Source: Bradymonadia bacterium
Lineage (GTDB): Bacteria > Myxococcota_A > Bradymonadia > UBA7976 > UBA1532
Length of the DNA stretch: 64,000 bases
Direction: 5' to 3'
Assembly (NCBI GenBank): GCA_046290225.1
Contig: JBKAGE010000078.1
Span: 64,001 to 128,000 of the forward strand
In this document: positions 9,352 to 18,871 of the stretch, in pieces
Position numbering within the stretch: the first letter of the stretch is position 1
How the letters are laid out: every line of letters starts with the position of its first letter
Notes under the pieces: generated by a model
Seen by the model: the letters and a program-made list of their open reading frames with translations, nothing else
The model's database searches: none
What the model was told of the DNA's origin: nothing
Made by a program: the position numbers and the translations under genes

Positions 9352-12300
9352 GGAAGCCCCTGATCGACGCGCCTGAGGGCATCGACGAGCCGATCGATGT
9401 CGTACTCGGTGGCAGTGAGGGCCGGAACCAGGGCGATGACGTCCCACGAGGGCCGAGCCACCTTGACCCCGCTGGCGGCGAGGCCATGCTGAATCTGGCT
9501 GGCCCGCTTCGCACCGACGCGCAGGGTACGATAGAGGCCCATGCCGCCCAGAACCCCTGGGCCATATCCTGCCGCAACGAGGCCGTCTTCGAGACGGCGT
9601 GAGAGCATGCTCAAGGGCAGATCGCGTGTCAGATAGAGCTGCCGGAGCAGCCGCGTGGCAGAGAGCTCGTCACCATCCCAGGTGCTGATGAGCGTCAGAG
9701 GCTTCTCCACGTACCAGCGATCGTTGCTGAAGATGTGGCCGATCTGACCACCGCTCCACCACAACACCACGTCGGGATCACCCTTCACGCTGTCAAGCCA
9801 CCACAGGTCCTTGCCATTGCGGCCCATGCCAGTGGTGGTCTCCACCAGAACGAGGGGCACCCCGGTGCGATCGCGGAACGCCACCAACGCGGCCCACTGT
9901 TCCGGCGTGATCACCCGGCCTGTCCGGCGCTGGACGGACTCGATGTAGAGGCCGAGCAAGGCGTCAGCGCCGTGGGTGGAGACCAGCGCCTCGAGGGCAG
10001 CGAGGGTCTCTTGGAGGCCGTTGGCCGGGTGAGGCACCATGGGCCAGCCGAAGTGGCCATAGCGTTCAGCCTGCCCCTTGCTGGCGCTGATGGAGAGCGA
10101 GCGCGCGGCGGCGGTGACGGAGCCGAGCTGGCCGCCCTCGACGCCAATGGCCGTGGAGGCGTGCTTGCGATGATGCTTCAGCGCGCGGAAGGACTTGTCC
10201 ACCATCTCGTCGGCACTGCTGGTGAAGTACAGGTGTCCACAGCCCCGTGGGGTCATCTCGCGCAGGTACTCCGCATAGCGCACGTACGGCCGCGTGATGA
10301 AGTTGCTCAGCGTCAGCTTGGTGAGGGCGCCCTCGTCGAAGACCCCGAGCTGGCGTGCCCGGACGAGCTGCGGGTGGGCGGCGCCTGTGGGCTCGCTCAC
10401 CCCGTGGGCTGCATCGAGCACCCGCATGGCCGGGGCCACATTGTCCGCCTCGAAAGCCCGGCGATCGGACCGACGAAGCGGGATGCGGTAGTACCAGGCC
10501 TGAGCGCCGGCGGCGCCATATTGATCTTGCAACAGCTGCGCGCAGTAGGCGCCGAACCGCTGGTTGATGCCCCACATGGCGTCGGTGTGCCCCACACGGT
10601 TTCTGCCCGTGATGAAGGCGTACCGCGGGGCACCAGAGGCGCGCTTCACGTTGAGCGCGGCCTTGATCTGCGCCTCTCTCAACCGCAGACCCACACCACG
10701 CCCCTGAGCGCGGGGATGCACAGTGATGTCAGCGCTGTACAGCGTGTTGTGTCGACGCAGGTTCGGATCCTGCCGAGGGCCGTCCAGGGCCCACCAGAGC
10801 TCTAGAGGACCGGCGAGGGTCAGACCCACGAGGCCCTCGGGATCTTCCGCGACGAGGGCCACCGCCTCTGCGCTCTGGGCCACGGTCTTCAGGTAGGCGG
10901 GCTCGTCCTGGCGTGCGGGCTCATACACCTCACTCTGCAAGGCCTCGATGGCCCCAGCCACAGCGTCGAAGTCACCTGGACCGAGGGCGCGGATGCGGGT
11001 GCCAAGGCAGTCGGCGAGCCAGCGCACCAGGGGCACCCCCACGGCGGTCTCGAATGCCGCAGGATCAGCAGCCTTTGCAGCATCGAGGGCAGCAGCCCCG
11101 CGCACATCTGTGGAGAGGCCCAACGTCACCGCCCCGAGGCGCCGGTCTTGAGGCGAGAGCTCCCCTTCAGTTCGCAACAGCCGATCAGCGTTGAGCGCCG
11201 TAGGCTCTGCGAGCAACGCCTGCAGCGTCAGCGCTGGCGCCGATGCCGGTGCGGCCAGTGGCGTCACCCATTTGGGGACCTCAACAGCCTCCATCCGAGT
11301 CAACCAATCATCCCCATCGAGACCACCTGCCAACTCCACGAGGGCCGCCAACGAGGTGTCGATGATGTCGAAGATGGCCTCGACGTCAGCGGGGCGCATG
11401 GCGCGGTTCATGCGGTACCGCAGGGTGCGGGCGCCGGCGATGTAGACCATGTAACCGCGGTAGAAGCGCTGGGCGATGAGCTTCTGGGCCACCGGCCCCG
11501 AAGGCAGATCGAAGGCGAAGGCGTCACCATACACCCGCGGCCGTGAGACCAGCTGGGGCCAGCGCTCCACCAGGGCAGCGAGGCGTTGCTCGGCGAGCCC
11601 GGCGTGGGTGACGTTGCGCTCCACGATGTCGAGGTGGATCGACCCGCGGACGAGGCTGGCGCTGTGGAACGGCGCCGGATCAGGATCGGGCCACCGGGAG
11701 AGCACAAGGCCCACCTGGGCCCGCTTGGCGCACACGATCAGGTCCGGGCCATCCGGCTGCCCGTCGGCGTCCAGCATCCAGAACAGGCTGTGCCAGAAGA
11801 CCGGGCCACCGAGGCCAAAGCCCACCTGCACCTCGTCGAAGATGAGCGGCACACCATAGGCCCGCGTGAGCGCCCGGAGGCCGTTCACGAACCGGCTGCT
11901 GGCCCCCCGATCACCGCCTTCACACTGGTAGGGCTCGAGCATGCAGGCCATCACATCGCCCGCCTGTAGCGCCTTCTCCGTGGCGATGAGAGACTGCACC
12001 TCTGCCGTAAGGAGCGCGTCCCCCTCGGCAGCGGTCACCCACGCCGCGCGGTCGGCGCCAGCGGTCGCCCAGCTCTTGCGCCACCCCTCGGGGATGACGG
12101 GATCCGCGAGTTCGACGTCGAGAGGGAACGGCAGGAAGTCGGTTTCGAAGCCCGGGATCTGATAGGGCGCCCGCTTCACCGGGTTCCAGGTGCTGTAGAG
12201 CGACAACAAAGTGCGGCCGTGGAACGAGCCTTCGAAGGCCAGCACTCGACGCCCGCCAGCGCCGTTCACTCGGGCGATGTGCAGCGCCTTCTCGTTGGCC

Positions 12301-13058
12301 TCAGCACCACTGTTCACCCAGGCCACGTGACGGATCCCCGGAGGGGCCGCCCGGAGCAGGCCCTCGAAGAAGGCCTGGGTCTCGCGCTGCACTGCCGGGT
12401 GGTTCGGAGAGAGCGCCGAGACCATGTGAGGATCGAAGCGCCCCTCGTCGAGGGCCGCCTGGACCTGACCTGGGCGAAAGCCTGCAGCGAGTGAAGCGAT
12501 CTGGCTTGCGGCGTCGACGATCTGCAGAGCATCTTCGTCGACTGACCTGAGGAATGGCCCCTGGCACCGGGCGAGATCCACCACAGCGGGTTTCTTCTCC
12601 CGGGGCAGGAAGCTCTCGCCATAGAACCGCGCGAGCCAGCCCGCGCTCGTGGGCAGCGCCCCTTCGGGGGGCACGTTGATCTTCTGAGGAGGCATCTCCA
12701 GGAATGGCCGGGGATCAGCCTCCTTCAACGCCGTGAGCCACTGGGTCAGCGCGTGCTCCACGCGATCGATGCCCGGCTCCACCGTATCGAAGGCGAGGCG
12801 AATGCCCACATCGTCGGCGACGAGCCCGGCGGCGCGGGCGCGATCTTTGAGTTGTGCCGCCGTGGCCTTCCGGCCGGCGAGCCTCACCTTCAAATCGGAG
12901 AACGGCAGCCACCCGACGTTGGGCTCTGCAGGGTCAACCTCGATGTGGCAGCGAAAGCGCTCTGCCACTTCTTCCAGACGTTGGCGGCGCTCCAACTGAC
13001 GCAACAATCCTTGTCGATCTGCCCGTGCAGTGATGGCCGTGGATTCGGCGTCGAGCAT
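9348..13058 (-). CDS. Fusion: class-III aminotransferase (lysine-6/GABA-AT-like) + GNAT acyltransferase + degenerate second aminotransferase domain
   Basis: NSGAEANEK, FEGSFHGRT, EPYQCEGGD, FDEVQVG, CAKRAQ; GNAT motif A ADITVHPRAQGRGVG; second AT-like unit with VETTTGMG and ISTWDG but no PLP lysine; ATG 13058 overlaps the upstream stop. Confidence 0.85.
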   Translation of the reverse strand: MLDAESTAITARADRQGLLRQLERRQRLEEVAERFRCHIEVDPAEPNVGWLPFSDLKVRLAGRKATAAQLKDRARAAGLVADDVGIRLAFDTVEPGIDRVEHALTQWLTALKEADPRPFLEMPPQKINVPPEGALPTSAGWLARFYGESFLPREKKPAVVDLARCQGPFLRSVDEDALQIVDAASQIASLAAGFRPGQVQAALDEGRFDPHMVSALSPNHPAVQRETQAFFEGLLRAAPPGIRHVAWVNSGAEANEKALHIARVNGAGGRRVLAFEGSFHGRTLLSLYSTWNPVKRAPYQIPGFETDFLPFPLDVELADPVIPEGWRKSWATAGADRAAWVTAAEGDALLTAEVQSLIATEKALQAGDVMACMLEPYQCEGGDRGASSRFVNGLRALTRAYGVPLIFDEVQVGFGLGGPVFWHSLFWMLDADGQPDGPDLIVCAKRAQVGLVLSRWPDPDPAPFHSASLVRGSIHLDIVERNVTHAGLAEQRLAALVERWPQLVSRPRVYGDAFAFDLPSGPVAQKLIAQRFYRGYMVYIAGARTLRYRMNRAMRPADVEAIFDIIDTSLAALVELAGGLDGDDWLTRMEAVEVPKWVTPLAAPASAPALTLQALLAEPTALNADRLLRTEGELSPQDRRLGAVTLGLSTDVRGAAALDAAKAADPAAFETAVGVPLVRWLADCLGTRIRALGPGDFDAVAGAIEALQSEVYEPARQDEPAYLKTVAQSAEAVALVAEDPEGLVGLTLAGPLELWWALDGPRQDPNLRRHNTLYSADITVHPRAQGRGVGLRLREAQIKAALNVKRASGAPRYAFITGRNRVGHTDAMWGINQRFGAYCAQLLQDQYGAAGAQAWYYRIPLRRSDRRAFEADNVAPAMRVLDAAHGVSEPTGAAHPQLVRARQLGVFDEGALTKLTLSNFITRPYVRYAEYLREMTPRGCGHLYFTSSADEMVDKSFRALKHHRKHASTAIGVEGGQLGSVTAAARSLSISASKGQAERYGHFGWPMVPHPANGLQETLAALEALVSTHGADALLGLYIESVQRRTGRVITPEQWAALVAFRDRTGVPLVLVETTTGMGRNGKDLWWLDSVKGDPDVVLWWSGGQIGHIFSNDRWYVEKPLTLISTWDGDELSATRLLRQLYLTRDLPLSMLSRRLEDGLVAAGYGPGVLGGMGLYRTLRVGAKRASQIQHGLAASGVKVARPSWDVIALVPALTATEYDIDRLVDALRRVDQGLP

Positions 13059-14554
13059 CACTGACCTCCCTTCTCGTCGAGGCCCAGGGCCCGGTCCAGG
13101 TTGCCGTGGGCGGTGATCTGCCCAAAGGGCACCTGCATCACTGCCACCGGGTAAGTGCACAGACGCGGTGCCATGGCACCGGCAGGTCGCCAGTTGCCGC
13201 TCATGCCCACGCCGCCGAAAGACAACAGCCCCGAAGCGCCGTTGGTGCTCCGGTTGAAGTTGAGCACCCCCGCCGGGATCTCGTCGTAGAAGCGCTCGAA
13301 GGCCTCCGGGCGGGCGCTGAAGAGACTCGCCGAGAGACCGTAGGTGTTCTCACCGCCCCGGGCGAAGGCGTCGTCCTCGCTCTGCGCCACCTCGAAGGCC
13401 ACGTGAGGCCCGAAAAGCTCCTCGTGCAGCAAACGCTCGTGGCCCTTCACCTCGTACAGACTCGGAGTGACGAAAGCACCCCCGTCGAGGCTCTCGCTCT
13501 CCACGAGCACCTGAGCCCCCTCTTCGCGGCCCTTCTGCAGCAGATCGAGGAAGCGGGTCTTGCTGGCCTCATTCGCCAGCGGCCCCATGAAGGTGGTGTC
13601 TCCTGCAGGATCGCCGGGCTTGATGCGACCAAAGGCCTGCACCAGGCGATCCCTCAGGCCGTCGGCGGCGCCGGGAGTGACGATGACGCGAGAGGTGGCC
13701 GTGCAGCGCTGCCCTGTGGTGAGCAGCGCACCGAGCATGATCTCCCGGGCGGCCTGTTCGAGATCGGCATCATCGAGGACCAGAGCGGGGTTCTTGCCAC
13801 CGAGCTCCAGGCAGACTTTCTTGTAGGGCTGGTCGAAGGTGGCCTGCCGAATCAAACGGCCGGTCCGATAGCTCCCAGTGAAGATCACCCCCCGGACCCC
13901 ACTGTGAGAGACGAGAGCTGCCCCAGTGTCTCCAAGGCCATGAACCAGGTTGAACACCCCTGCGGGGAACCCTGCCGCCTCGAAGAGCTCGGCGTAGCGC
14001 TGGCCTGCGAGGGGTGTCACCTCAGAGGGCTTGGCCACGACGGTGTTGCCCGTGAGCAACGCGGGGATCACGTGGGTGTTCACCAAATGCACGGGGAAGT
14101 TGAACGGGCCGATGATGGCCACCACCCCGAGGGCGTGAAAACGCTGCTCTCCAGGGGCGCCAGGACCTGCAGGGGGCAAGGCGTGGCCGATCTGGCTGAT
14201 GACACCGTCGATCTTGCCGGCGATGCTCCGGGCCTCGATGAGGGCCTCGTTCCGGGTCTTGCCCATCTCAGCAGTGATCGCTTCGGCGATGCGCTCTGCA
14301 TGATCACCCACTTTGTCCCGCACGGCCTTCAGCGCTTCGATGCGCCCTTCCAGACCGGCCCCACGCCACCCTCGGAGCGCGCTTCGGGCAGCGGTGACCG
14401 CACGATCCACGGCGCCCACGTCAGCCACGACCTCGAGGACGGGCTGATGACCATGGGCGGGGTTGCGGGAGACAAAGGTCTGCCCTCCAGCGGAGGGCTC
14501 GAATCGGCCATTGATGAAGTGGCCGCGGAAATCATCGAGGTAGGGGTGCGTCAA
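13058..14554 (-). CDS. astD: Aldehyde dehydrogenase, succinylglutamate-semialdehyde dehydrogenase (AstD)-like
   Basis: GPFNFP, KPSE, FTGS, LELGGKN, GQRCT, EELFGP; AstD-type C-terminus FGGVGMSGNWRPAG..CTYPVA; exact substrate uncertain. Confidence 0.75.
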   Translation of the reverse strand: MTHPYLDDFRGHFINGRFEPSAGGQTFVSRNPAHGHQPVLEVVADVGAVDRAVTAARSALRGWRGAGLEGRIEALKAVRDKVGDHAERIAEAITAEMGKTRNEALIEARSIAGKIDGVISQIGHALPPAGPGAPGEQRFHALGVVAIIGPFNFPVHLVNTHVIPALLTGNTVVAKPSEVTPLAGQRYAELFEAAGFPAGVFNLVHGLGDTGAALVSHSGVRGVIFTGSYRTGRLIRQATFDQPYKKVCLELGGKNPALVLDDADLEQAAREIMLGALLTTGQRCTATSRVIVTPGAADGLRDRLVQAFGRIKPGDPAGDTTFMGPLANEASKTRFLDLLQKGREEGAQVLVESESLDGGAFVTPSLYEVKGHERLLHEELFGPHVAFEVAQSEDDAFARGGENTYGLSASLFSARPEAFERFYDEIPAGVLNFNRSTNGASGLLSFGGVGMSGNWRPAGAMAPRLCTYPVAVMQVPFGQITAHGNLDRALGLDEKGGQ

Positions 14555-14636
14555 GTGGGGTGACCTCGTCGGGGCTCTGGTGTTGAGGGCTCTTTGATTT
14601 GAGGATCTCGGGCTTCGAACGCCGGGATGTGAAACT

Positions 14637-15461
14637 TTACGACCGCTTTTTGGGGATCTCCAGGTTCAAACGGCTCATGACCTTTTTCAGGTCACCCCAG
14701 ACCGGACGCTTGAGATCAGGGTGCTTGAGCAGCAGCCCTGGGGGGAACGTCACCATCACGGGACGACCCGGGCCTTCGCCATAGGTGTGCCAACGGCCGC
14801 GCATTCGCGCCATCGAGGCGCGGACGTCCAGCAGTGAGCGTGCAGGGAACACACCCATGGCCACGATGACCTCAGGCTGAAACGCCTGGACCGCCTCGGC
14901 GAGGTGCTCTCGACACCATCGCGTGCCCCCACCCTCGAGCAGGTTCACCAGCGCCACGTCGGCCACCGACAACCCCATGGCCCGGATCATCTTGTGCAGC
15001 AGAGTGCCTGCTGCGCCGTGGAAGGGCTCGAGAGGCTCCGGGGGCTGCTCTGTATGCGGCTCCCCGAGGAACATGAGGCGGGCCGGCTGCGGGCCTGTGG
15101 CCACCAGCGCCGGGCGTCCCCCCTCCCCCGGGAGCACGATGTGCTCTCCCTCCACGACACCCAGGGTGGACCACGTGGACATGGAGGGCATCTGGGAGAG
15201 CGAGGCTTCCGTGGGCGCTCCAGGGCTGGCGGGTGCTGATGGCCCAGGTGATGTGGCAGCAGGTGCCACTCGGGCCACAGGTGCAGGAGGATTCTGGGGG
15301 GCCGGCCTTCGCTTCGGCGGGGTGCGGGGTGCGATGCGACCCAGGGGTGGCATGTCGAACCCCTCGGGGATCGGCAGGGCCAGCTCTCCGGACTCCTGCA
15401 TCCAGGCCACAGCACCTCGGGCCGCAGCCACCAGCCGGGCCAGCTCAGCGCGATCGCTCAC
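14637..15461 (-). CDS. Family-4 uracil-DNA glycosylase-like protein, catalytically degenerate
   Basis: ARLMFLGE..PFHGAAGTLLHKMIRAMGL, QPEVIVAMG, RMRGRW, LLKHPDLKRPVWGDL; lies after coaBC with a GTGA overlap. Confidence 0.8.
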   Translation of the reverse strand: MSDRAELARLVAAARGAVAWMQESGELALPIPEGFDMPPLGRIAPRTPPKRRPAPQNPPAPVARVAPAATSPGPSAPASPGAPTEASLSQMPSMSTWSTLGVVEGEHIVLPGEGGRPALVATGPQPARLMFLGEPHTEQPPEPLEPFHGAAGTLLHKMIRAMGLSVADVALVNLLEGGGTRWCREHLAEAVQAFQPEVIVAMGVFPARSLLDVRASMARMRGRWHTYGEGPGRPVMVTFPPGLLLKHPDLKRPVWGDLKKVMSRLNLEIPKKRS

Positions 15462-16681
15462 CCCTCACCTCCAATTCGAGCACACGCCCAGTCCACGATG
15501 GCCTGGGCGAGGGCTGTCTTCTGCTCCAGCGCCCTCTGTGTCACCGCCTCTGCAGTGACAAACCATGTCTGGTTCGTCTGGCCAGCGAAGCCGCTGCCCT
15601 CAGCGGTGATGTCGTTCGCCACGATGAGATCAGCACCCTTTCGAGCCAGCTTGCCCTGAGCCGAGGGCACAGGGTGGCCCGTCTCGGCGGCGAAACCCAC
15701 CAGGACCTCAGGGCCACGCCCCGCTCGGCGCATGGCCCCCACGTCGGCGAGGATGTCGGGGTTGCGCACAAGCTCGAGGTGCATGGGCCCCGCCTTCTTC
15801 TTGATCTTGCCCGGTGCCGCCTCGGCGGGGCGGTAGTCTGCCACCGCAGCGGTCATGATGGCTGCGGCCACAGGGGCCTCGTGGGCCGCCATCACCGCCG
15901 CGTGCATCTGCACCGCCGAGGTCACGGGCACTGCAGTGACACCTGCAGGTGGCTCGATGGACACTGGACCGTGCACCAGGATCACCTCTGCGCCAGCCTC
16001 GGCTGCCGCTGCAGCGATGGCGAAGCCAGTACGACCACTGGAGGGGTTCGAGAGAAAGCGCACCGGGTCGACGTGCTCTCGTGTGGGTCCCGCGGTGATC
16101 ACCACACGGCGACCGACGAGGCGTTTAGGCCGCCTGTCGCGGGCGACGATCTCTGCCACGGCCTGCACGATGGCGTCGGGCTCGGCGAGGCGACCAGGCC
16201 CTGTGTGACCACAAGCGAGCTCTCCAGAGTCCGGCGTGACGATGTGCACGCCACGAGCCTGCAAGCGCTCGAGGTTCTCCTGCACAGGGGGCTGTTGGTA
16301 CATGAACGTGTTCATCGCCGGGCACACCACCACCGGCACGTTCGCCGCCAGCAACACCGTGGAGACGATCTCGTCACCCAGCCCGTTGGCCATCTTGCCG
16401 ATGAGGTTCGCCGTCGCCGGCGCCACCACCAGCACGTCGCATTGCTGGGCGAAGGCGATGTGGCCGATCTCCATCTCTTCTGAAGGATCGAGCGTCTCGG
16501 TGAGCACGGGCTGATGGGTCAGGCCCTGAAACGTGAGGGGGCCGATGAACTGTCGGGCGTTGGGCGTCATGGCCACCTGCACGGTGGCACCAGCCTTGAT
16601 GAGGCCTCTGGCCACCTCGGCGGCTTTGTAGGCGGCGATGCCCCCAGCGACGCAGAGGTGCACTCGGGTGTTGTTCAACAT
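15458..16681 (-). CDS. coaBC: Phosphopantothenoylcysteine decarboxylase/synthase
   Basis: GGIAAYKA, APATAN, PAMN, ELACG, TAGPTRE.DPVRFLSNPSSG, AAVADY, GFAAET. Confidence 0.97.
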   Translation of the reverse strand: MLNNTRVHLCVAGGIAAYKAAEVARGLIKAGATVQVAMTPNARQFIGPLTFQGLTHQPVLTETLDPSEEMEIGHIAFAQQCDVLVVAPATANLIGKMANGLGDEIVSTVLLAANVPVVVCPAMNTFMYQQPPVQENLERLQARGVHIVTPDSGELACGHTGPGRLAEPDAIVQAVAEIVARDRRPKRLVGRRVVITAGPTREHVDPVRFLSNPSSGRTGFAIAAAAAEAGAEVILVHGPVSIEPPAGVTAVPVTSAVQMHAAVMAAHEAPVAAAIMTAAVADYRPAEAAPGKIKKKAGPMHLELVRNPDILADVGAMRRAGRGPEVLVGFAAETGHPVPSAQGKLARKGADLIVANDITAEGSGFAGQTNQTWFVTAEAVTQRALEQKTALAQAIVDWACARIGGEG

Positions 16682-16781
16682 GCTGACACCAGATGATCGG
16701 CGGCGCTCGGCGACCGATCGGCGTGGGGTTCAGGGCACGAGGGGTCAGGGCAGTATGTGCCGGGGCTCCCCGAGGGGCAAC

Positions 16782-17378
16782 TCAATCGGGCAAGCCCACA
16801 TCGTTCCAGGGCAGATTGAAAGGCGCCCCAACAGAGGAGAGCGACAACACGTGCAGCGTGATGTACGCCGAGAGACCCCAAAGGGTCTCGTCATCGTACT
16901 CGAAGAAGTAGACCGGCCAGTCCTTGCGGCGGTGGGGCATCGTCTTGATCTCCCAACCCTCCGCCTGAGTGAGCGCCGCCATTGGGATGGTGAAGATCCG
17001 GGCGACCTCTGAAGGTTGGGGGATCAACTCAGGCAGCGCAGTGACCCGCCCCACCACCGGCGTCACCGCCATGTCGTCACGGATCGTGGGGAAGTCGTCG
17101 AGGATGCCCCAGACATCGACGGCTTCAGGAGGCAACCCCACCTCTTCATGGGCCTCACGCAACGCAGTCTGGATGATGTCGGCATCTCCGGGCTCTGCAG
17201 AGCCGCCGGGAAACGCCACCTGACCTGAGTGAGACTTGAGTTGCTCCGTTCGACGCGTCAACAGCACACGCAGGGGCCCGCCGTCGTCGATGATCGCCAC
17301 CAGCACACCTGCGTGGCGCGGGCGATCAAGCACACGACGTGTCCGCCGCGTGACGATGCTCGACGTGTCATCGAACAT
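16782..17378 (-). CDS. Nudix hydrolase, CoA pyrophosphatase (NudL-like)
   Basis: LLTRR..LKSHSGQVAFPGG (NuCoA motif), ALREAHEEVGL, LWGLSA. Confidence 0.9.
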   Translation of the reverse strand: MFDDTSSIVTRRTRRVLDRPRHAGVLVAIIDDGGPLRVLLTRRTEQLKSHSGQVAFPGGSAEPGDADIIQTALREAHEEVGLPPEAVDVWGILDDFPTIRDDMAVTPVVGRVTALPELIPQPSEVARIFTIPMAALTQAEGWEIKTMPHRRKDWPVYFFEYDDETLWGLSAYITLHVLSLSSVGAPFNLPWNDVGLPD

Positions 17379-17935
17379 CAGCGGCCCATGAGGGGGACGA
17401 GTACAGAGGGCACCACCACGTTGGGCTGTTTCTGAAGCGGACCCAGGTGCACCTGAGCCGGCGTCACCGCTTTGTGGTCGATGAAAAGCTCCAGCTCGAT
17501 GGCATCGGCCCCCTTGGGCACCTTGAAGTCCATGCCCTCTACGCCGGCGGGCAGACCCTCGATGGTCTTGCCTTCGGTGATCACCCCTTTGAAGAAGGCC
17601 CGCTGCTGATCGATCCGGCTCATGGAGTCGTCACCGCCGACCATCACCGGCCGCACCGCCTTCACCCCGTTCTGTACCTTCACGATGCCCGTGAACGTGA
17701 GTGGCTTCTTCTCGGGATCAGTGTGGGCTGGCGCCGTCCAGCGCAGATGCCAGCCCTGATCGTCCGCCCACAGATAGTACGCAGGCCCCGAGATGCGGCT
17801 GATGACCGGGGCTCCGGTGAGCTGAGACAGCGTGAGCATCTTCTCGCCGGGCTGGGCCTGAGCACCGGCGAAGAGCCCGCCGGCCAACATCGTGACGCCC
17901 ACTGCGGTCATACCGATCGTTTTCAGAAGACGCAT
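17378..17935 (-). CDS. Secreted hypothetical protein
   Basis: Signal peptide (AGAQA); GGAGG RBS before ATG 17935; 1-bp overlap with the Nudix start. Confidence 0.7.
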   Translation of the reverse strand: MRLLKTIGMTAVGVTMLAGGLFAGAQAQPGEKMLTLSQLTGAPVISRISGPAYYLWADDQGWHLRWTAPAHTDPEKKPLTFTGIVKVQNGVKAVRPVMVGGDDSMSRIDQQRAFFKGVITEGKTIEGLPAGVEGMDFKVPKGADAIELELFIDHKAVTPAQVHLGPLQKQPNVVVPSVLVPLMGR

Positions 17936-17953
17936 GATCACCTCCGTTCGGGT

Positions 17954-18592
17954 CTACTCGCCGAGATCCGTGGGCTCGGCGAGGCGTCGATGCAGAGCAT
18001 CAGCCACCATACCGATGGCCACCTCGTTGCGGCCGCCTCGAGGGATCACCACGTCGGCGTGGCGACGAGAGGGCAGCACAAAGGCGAGATGCATGGGACG
18101 CACTGTGGCTTCATATTGTCCCAGCACATGCTCCATGGAGCGACCACGCTCCATGGTGTCCCGTCGCAGTCGACGCATGAGGCGGACGTCATCTTCGGTG
18201 TCGACGAAGATCTTCACATCCATCAGGTTGCGCAGCTCAGCGTTCTCGAGCACCAGGATGCCCTCGATGATGATGAGCGCCGCAGGGGCCACAGGGTGGG
18301 ATTCACCCGTACGCACCGACTCGGTATAGCTGTACACCGGCTTCTCGACTGCCAGCCCCTTCTTCAAGGCGCGGACGTGCTCGCCGAGGAGCGCGTTGTC
18401 GAAGGCGTCGGGGTGATCGAAGTTCACCTCGCGGCGATCTTCGAGGGCGAGGTGGCTGAGATCTTTGTAGTAGGCGTCCTGGTCGAGATAGGCCACCCGA
18501 CTGTGGCCGATTTCGTCGACGATGCGCCGGGCCACGGTGGTCTTTCCCGAACCGGTCCCACCGGCGATCCCAAGAGTGACAACGGCCGTCAC
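17954..18592 (-). CDS. udk: Uridine kinase
   Basis: GIAGGTGSGKTT, QDAYYKD, NFDHPDAFD, IEGIL, RRLRRD, VRPMH. Confidence 0.95.
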   Translation of the reverse strand: MTAVVTLGIAGGTGSGKTTVARRIVDEIGHSRVAYLDQDAYYKDLSHLALEDRREVNFDHPDAFDNALLGEHVRALKKGLAVEKPVYSYTESVRTGESHPVAPAALIIIEGILVLENAELRNLMDVKIFVDTEDDVRLMRRLRRDTMERGRSMEHVLGQYEATVRPMHLAFVLPSRRHADVVIPRGGRNEVAIGMVADALHRRLAEPTDLGE

Positions 18593-18871
18593 AGGCGCTC
18601 CTTCATGGCGGGCCAGGGCCTCCCCAGCTGATCCGATCGCAAGGGCGGATCGGAGGGGTTTTCTTTGGTTTGGCCTGAGGCTAGAGTACGCCCCACACCG
18701 TGCTCTTTCATCTGCGAAATAGATGTCCGCGCCGCCGGCCCGGGCATCAGCGCTTCGCTGACGATTGGGGGCGGTATCACGGGCTTCGATGCACTGTCAA
18801 GGCGCCGACCCCGTGAGCCACAAGCCATACAATCCCAGACGCCGGGTGCCGGCCAACAGGTGCGCCAACCG

